DNA of 64,000 nucleotides, taken from the IMG/VR virus record IMGVR_UViG_3300021138_001972, positions 23,335 to 87,334 of that record; one strand, written 5' to 3'. Made by a program: the position numbers and the translations under genes. Numbering within the stretch: the first letter of the stretch is position 1; the number at the start of each line of letters is the position of its first letter. The stretch comes from a virus. Positions 61,334 through 64,000 of this stretch are shown here, piece after piece. Below the pieces are notes generated by a model. That model searched no databases. It had not been told where the DNA came from and saw only the letters and a list, made by a program, of their open reading frames with translations.

Positions 61334-61513
61334 ATGAACGTCAAGACATTGGTATTGGCCACGGTATTGGTGGCTTTCAGTGGTGCTGCTATGGCTGCTA
61401 CCAAACCAGCTGTGCCTGCCAAGGATCCCAAGGCAGTGTGCAAGATGGTGCATGGCAAGCAGAAGTGCAAGAAGCCACACAAGAGCCCATTCAAGCCTGC
61501 CAAGGCCAAGTGA
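61334..61513 (+). CDS. small secreted Lys-rich protein (59 aa)
   Basis: GAGGA RBS, signal peptide MNVKTLVLATVLVAFSGAAMA, C..C; not in the ORF track. Confidence 0.6.
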   Translation: MNVKTLVLATVLVAFSGAAMAATKPAVPAKDPKAVCKMVHGKQKCKKPHKSPFKPAKAK

Positions 61514-61574
61514 TCAAACCATCACTAGTAGACAATCACAGAGGCAGCTTGTAGCTGCCTTTGTCATCTAATAA

Positions 61575-61657
61575 GCTGAGTTGGCACAGTGGCGACTGCA
61601 CCGCTTTTGTAAGGCGGAACTCAAACACCGGGGGTTCGAGTCCCTCACTCAGCACCA
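61575..61657 (+). tRNA. tRNA-Thr(TGT), enlarged variable region
   Basis: cloverleaf, CCA. Confidence 0.88.
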
Positions 61658-61675
61658 TCCACACACGGACCACAC

Positions 61676-61915
61676 ATGCTAGATTATCTGATCACTTTCA
61701 TCGCACTGTTTGCCACAGACGTGAGCTACACATATTATCTGAGAGCTGTTCACAGGGACCAGGCTGTGAGTGCCAGCGCCTGGGCAGTAGTAGTGTTCTT
61801 TATCGCTAGCGTGGGCATCATCAACTATACCACAGACCATTGGCAGCTGATCCCAGCTTGCCTAGGCGCAGCCTGCGGTACCTTCGTTGGTATGAAGATT
61901 CGCAACAAGCACTGA
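61676..61915 (+). CDS. small membrane protein
   Basis: three hydrophobic segments. Confidence 0.7.
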   Translation: MLDYLITFIALFATDVSYTYYLRAVHRDQAVSASAWAVVVFFIASVGIINYTTDHWQLIPACLGAACGTFVGMKIRNKH

Positions 61916-61916
61916 A

Positions 61917-62579
61917 TCACCAACCCATGGCATGATAGAGATCGCCCACGTTGTTGGCGCGACGCACTGGCTGATCACAGCTGTCAAACGTCTTGCTGAA
62001 GACGCTGGTGCACCAGCCTGGATGGTTGGGCTGCCAGAAATCTCTGCGATTCCAACCTTGGTTGATTATGTGCTCCTGCACATCGTTGTACTGCCAGCGG
62101 CAGCTGTTGTCCAGTATTATGATGCCGTCTTGTTTCACGCACTGTGCTGCATAATACAAGCAGAGGCTGCGTGCCATACCGTCAACAACAACCACATCAA
62201 AGTAACCCTGTGGCCATTTGAATATGGTTCCTGCATATTTGCGCCATTCCCAGTTCTCCATGCCATGGTACTGAGACTCAACCTGGCTGGTTGGATGCAG
62301 CGGTAGATCAAAATCTTCAGCAAAGAACGCTGCTTCTGCTGCTTTAGCTTCCGCACAGCTTTCGCCGTCCCGTCCAACATATATTATGCTGTCAAGGCTG
62401 GTGTTGCTGCGTGCAGTGATCACCCAGGCTGCGTCATGCTCCATGGCACGCACTTCTGCGCAGCGTTTGTAGTAGTAGGTGGTGCTGCCACCTGCTCCAA
62501 ATTCAAACACTCGCCACGTGGGCTGTATGATGCTGTCCAGATAGTCTATCGCAGGTTGCGTGTACAATGGTTGGGTCAT
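61917..62579 (-). CDS. class I SAM-dependent methyltransferase-like protein
   Basis: VFEFGAGGST, EHD..W, FDVVVVDG..R, IILDNS. Confidence 0.75.
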   Translation of the reverse strand: MTQPLYTQPAIDYLDSIIQPTWRVFEFGAGGSTTYYYKRCAEVRAMEHDAAWVITARSNTSLDSIIYVGRDGESCAEAKAAEAAFFAEDFDLPLHPTSQVESQYHGMENWEWRKYAGTIFKWPQGYFDVVVVDGMARSLCLYYAAQCVKQDGIIILDNSCRWQYNDVQEHIINQGWNRRDFWQPNHPGWCTSVFSKTFDSCDQPVRRANNVGDLYHAMGW

Positions 62580-62620
62580 CTTTAAATTATAATTCGCGGC
62601 AGTGCTAGATCAAAATAAAT

Positions 62621-62696
62621 GCCCAGATATCCCAACGGCAGAGGAACCAGTCTCAAAAGCTGTGTGTTGTGGGTTCGAGTCCCACTCTGGGCACCA
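62621..62696 (+). tRNA. tRNA-Leu(CAA), short variable arm
   Basis: Leu-type D-loop, CCA. Confidence 0.9.
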
Positions 62697-62701
62697 TCGA
62701 T

Positions 62702-62777
62702 GCTCTCTTGGTGAAACCGGAGATCACAGGGGTCTACGAAACCCCAGTTCCAGATTCGAATTCTGGGGAGAGCGCCA
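62702..62777 (+). tRNA. tRNA-Arg(ACG)
   Basis: cloverleaf, GCCA. Confidence 0.92.
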
Positions 62778-62819
62778 ACTATACTCCATAAATATATCAG
62801 CATTAATAGGAGACGTCAC

Positions 62820-63548
62820 ATGCCATTAGATCTATCACAGCTCGGCGAATGGCAGCACTGCCAACGCAACTGGGATCACAGCAAGCCTGTCACCGACGAA
62901 GACGTGACCAATCTCATCAACATAGCCACGCAGATGCCCATCAAGCAGAACAATGATTATTTCGATCTAGTGGTGATCAGAGACCGTGCGGTGATCGATC
63001 AACTGGTGCAGCTGACTTCGCGAGGTGCATATACGCCAGATGACAGCCACGAGTTGGACATGCTGACCAGAGCCTATCCTGATCCCAGCACCTATCCCGC
63101 AGGTGTTGAATCACCAGAGCAACTGGAGGAAGTGTGGCAGATAAATCCACAGGTGCTGGCCCCGCTGTTGATAGTGTTTGTCAAGAAACCAGTTAACGTA
63201 CCAGAAGTTGATCATCGCAGCGGCTATGCTGCTCTGTATGGTGAGAACAGCGACATCTTTGAAAAGATGGTGGCACAGGACATGTTCACAGCAATTGGCA
63301 TTGCTGCTGGTGCCATGATAGCTTACTGCAGAGACCGAGGCATGGCCACTGCCATGTGTACCTGCCACAATCACGAGGCCATCGCAGAGCTGCTGGGTTT
63401 CCAAGCCGACCAGAAAGGTCACGTGAGCCAGCTGATATTCTGCACAGGCTATGCCAATCCCAATCTCAAATACAACGTGCATCCAATCCTAGACAAGCTG
63501 GATTTTGGCACACTTGAGAGACCAAAGATCAACGTGACCTATCTATGA
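62820..63548 (+). CDS. nitroreductase-family protein
   Basis: HCQRNWD, P.KQN, IGIAAG..G.AT..C.C, GY. Confidence 0.7.
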   Translation: MPLDLSQLGEWQHCQRNWDHSKPVTDEDVTNLINIATQMPIKQNNDYFDLVVIRDRAVIDQLVQLTSRGAYTPDDSHELDMLTRAYPDPSTYPAGVESPEQLEEVWQINPQVLAPLLIVFVKKPVNVPEVDHRSGYAALYGENSDIFEKMVAQDMFTAIGIAAGAMIAYCRDRGMATAMCTCHNHEAIAELLGFQADQKGHVSQLIFCTGYANPNLKYNVHPILDKLDFGTLERPKINVTYL

Positions 63549-63730
63549 GCAACTGGGTCAGCAATCCCTGCCAGGGCAAGCGTTGCCATCAGGTACAGGG
63601 ACGCTGTGCAGATTGTGGTCGCACCATGCCAGAGATCCTAGAGTGGACTCGCGCCACTGCTGAGAGAAAGCGTGAGATCAAAGCTGCGGCAGCTCAGAGA
63701 CTGGCTAGACAAACTGCAGAAAGACAGTGA
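63545..63730 (+). CDS. DUF1289-like small Cys protein
   Basis: NPC..C..C..CGRT..EI..W. Confidence 0.7.
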   Translation: MSNWVSNPCQGKRCHQVQGRCADCGRTMPEILEWTRATAERKREIKAAAAQRLARQTAERQ

Positions 63731-63743
63731 CATTTAGATATTC

Positions 63744-63791
63744 GGAGGTATGCGAGCAAGGTTGATGGTTCCAAGCCTTGTACCTCCGCCA
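63744..63791 (+). pseudogene. internally deleted tRNA (Ser-like acceptor minihelix)
   Basis: GGAGGTA/TACCTCC-G-CCA with CAAGG/CCTTG stem; no anticodon arm. Confidence 0.5.
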
Positions 63792-63794
63792 TAT

Positions 63795-63869
63795 TGGGGA
63801 GTAGTTCAGCGATAGAACGCAGGTCTCTGGAACCTGATGTCGGTGGTTTGAATCCATCCTCCCCAGCCA
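63795..63869 (+). tRNA. tRNA-Gln(CTG)
   Basis: U1-A72, cloverleaf, GCCA. Confidence 0.9.
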
Positions 63870-63884
63870 TTTTTCCACAACGAT

Positions 63885-63958
63885 TCGGGGATAGTTTAAT
63901 GGTAGAACGAGGGCCTTTGAAGCCCATAGTCTTGGTTCGAGACCAGGTCCCCGAACCA
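63885..63958 (+). tRNA. tRNA-Gln(TTG)
   Basis: U1-A72, cloverleaf, CCA. Confidence 0.9.
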
Positions 63959-64000
63959 GCATGCTCTGTTGTTATGAAGCTACCATAAATCTGCATATAT

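Overview
A 64-kb segment of a large (jumbo, T4-like late-promoter) phage, probably infecting an alphaproteobacterium. Host clues are a tRNA-His lacking G-1 with A73, an alpha-type RpoD, FdxA and PqqA. In order, it contains: (1) a lysis module (i-spanin, o-spanin, 3TM holin); (2) a ~16-kb modification cluster (carbamoyltransferase, nucleotide-sugar dehydrogenase, two B12-dependent and four other radical SAM genes, three paralogous GT-like proteins); (3) RpoD-like sigma, amidinotransferase, SOD and a subtilase; (4) three collagen-like fibre genes, ExoX-like nuclease and a ferredoxin broken by a 6-nt TAG-containing insert; (5) a ~19-kb array of about 31 tRNA genes plus tRNA pseudogenes, structured RNAs, clpP, four free-standing endonucleases and an unannotated pqqA. 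The top finding is at the head of the tRNA array. A leaderless 50-codon peptide that uses all 20 amino acids and 38 different codons overlaps mutually exclusive antiterminator/terminator hairpins. This looks like a pan-codon transcription attenuator that would switch on phage tRNAs when translation stalls for lack of any tRNA. All structures and homologies were read by eye; no database searches were run.
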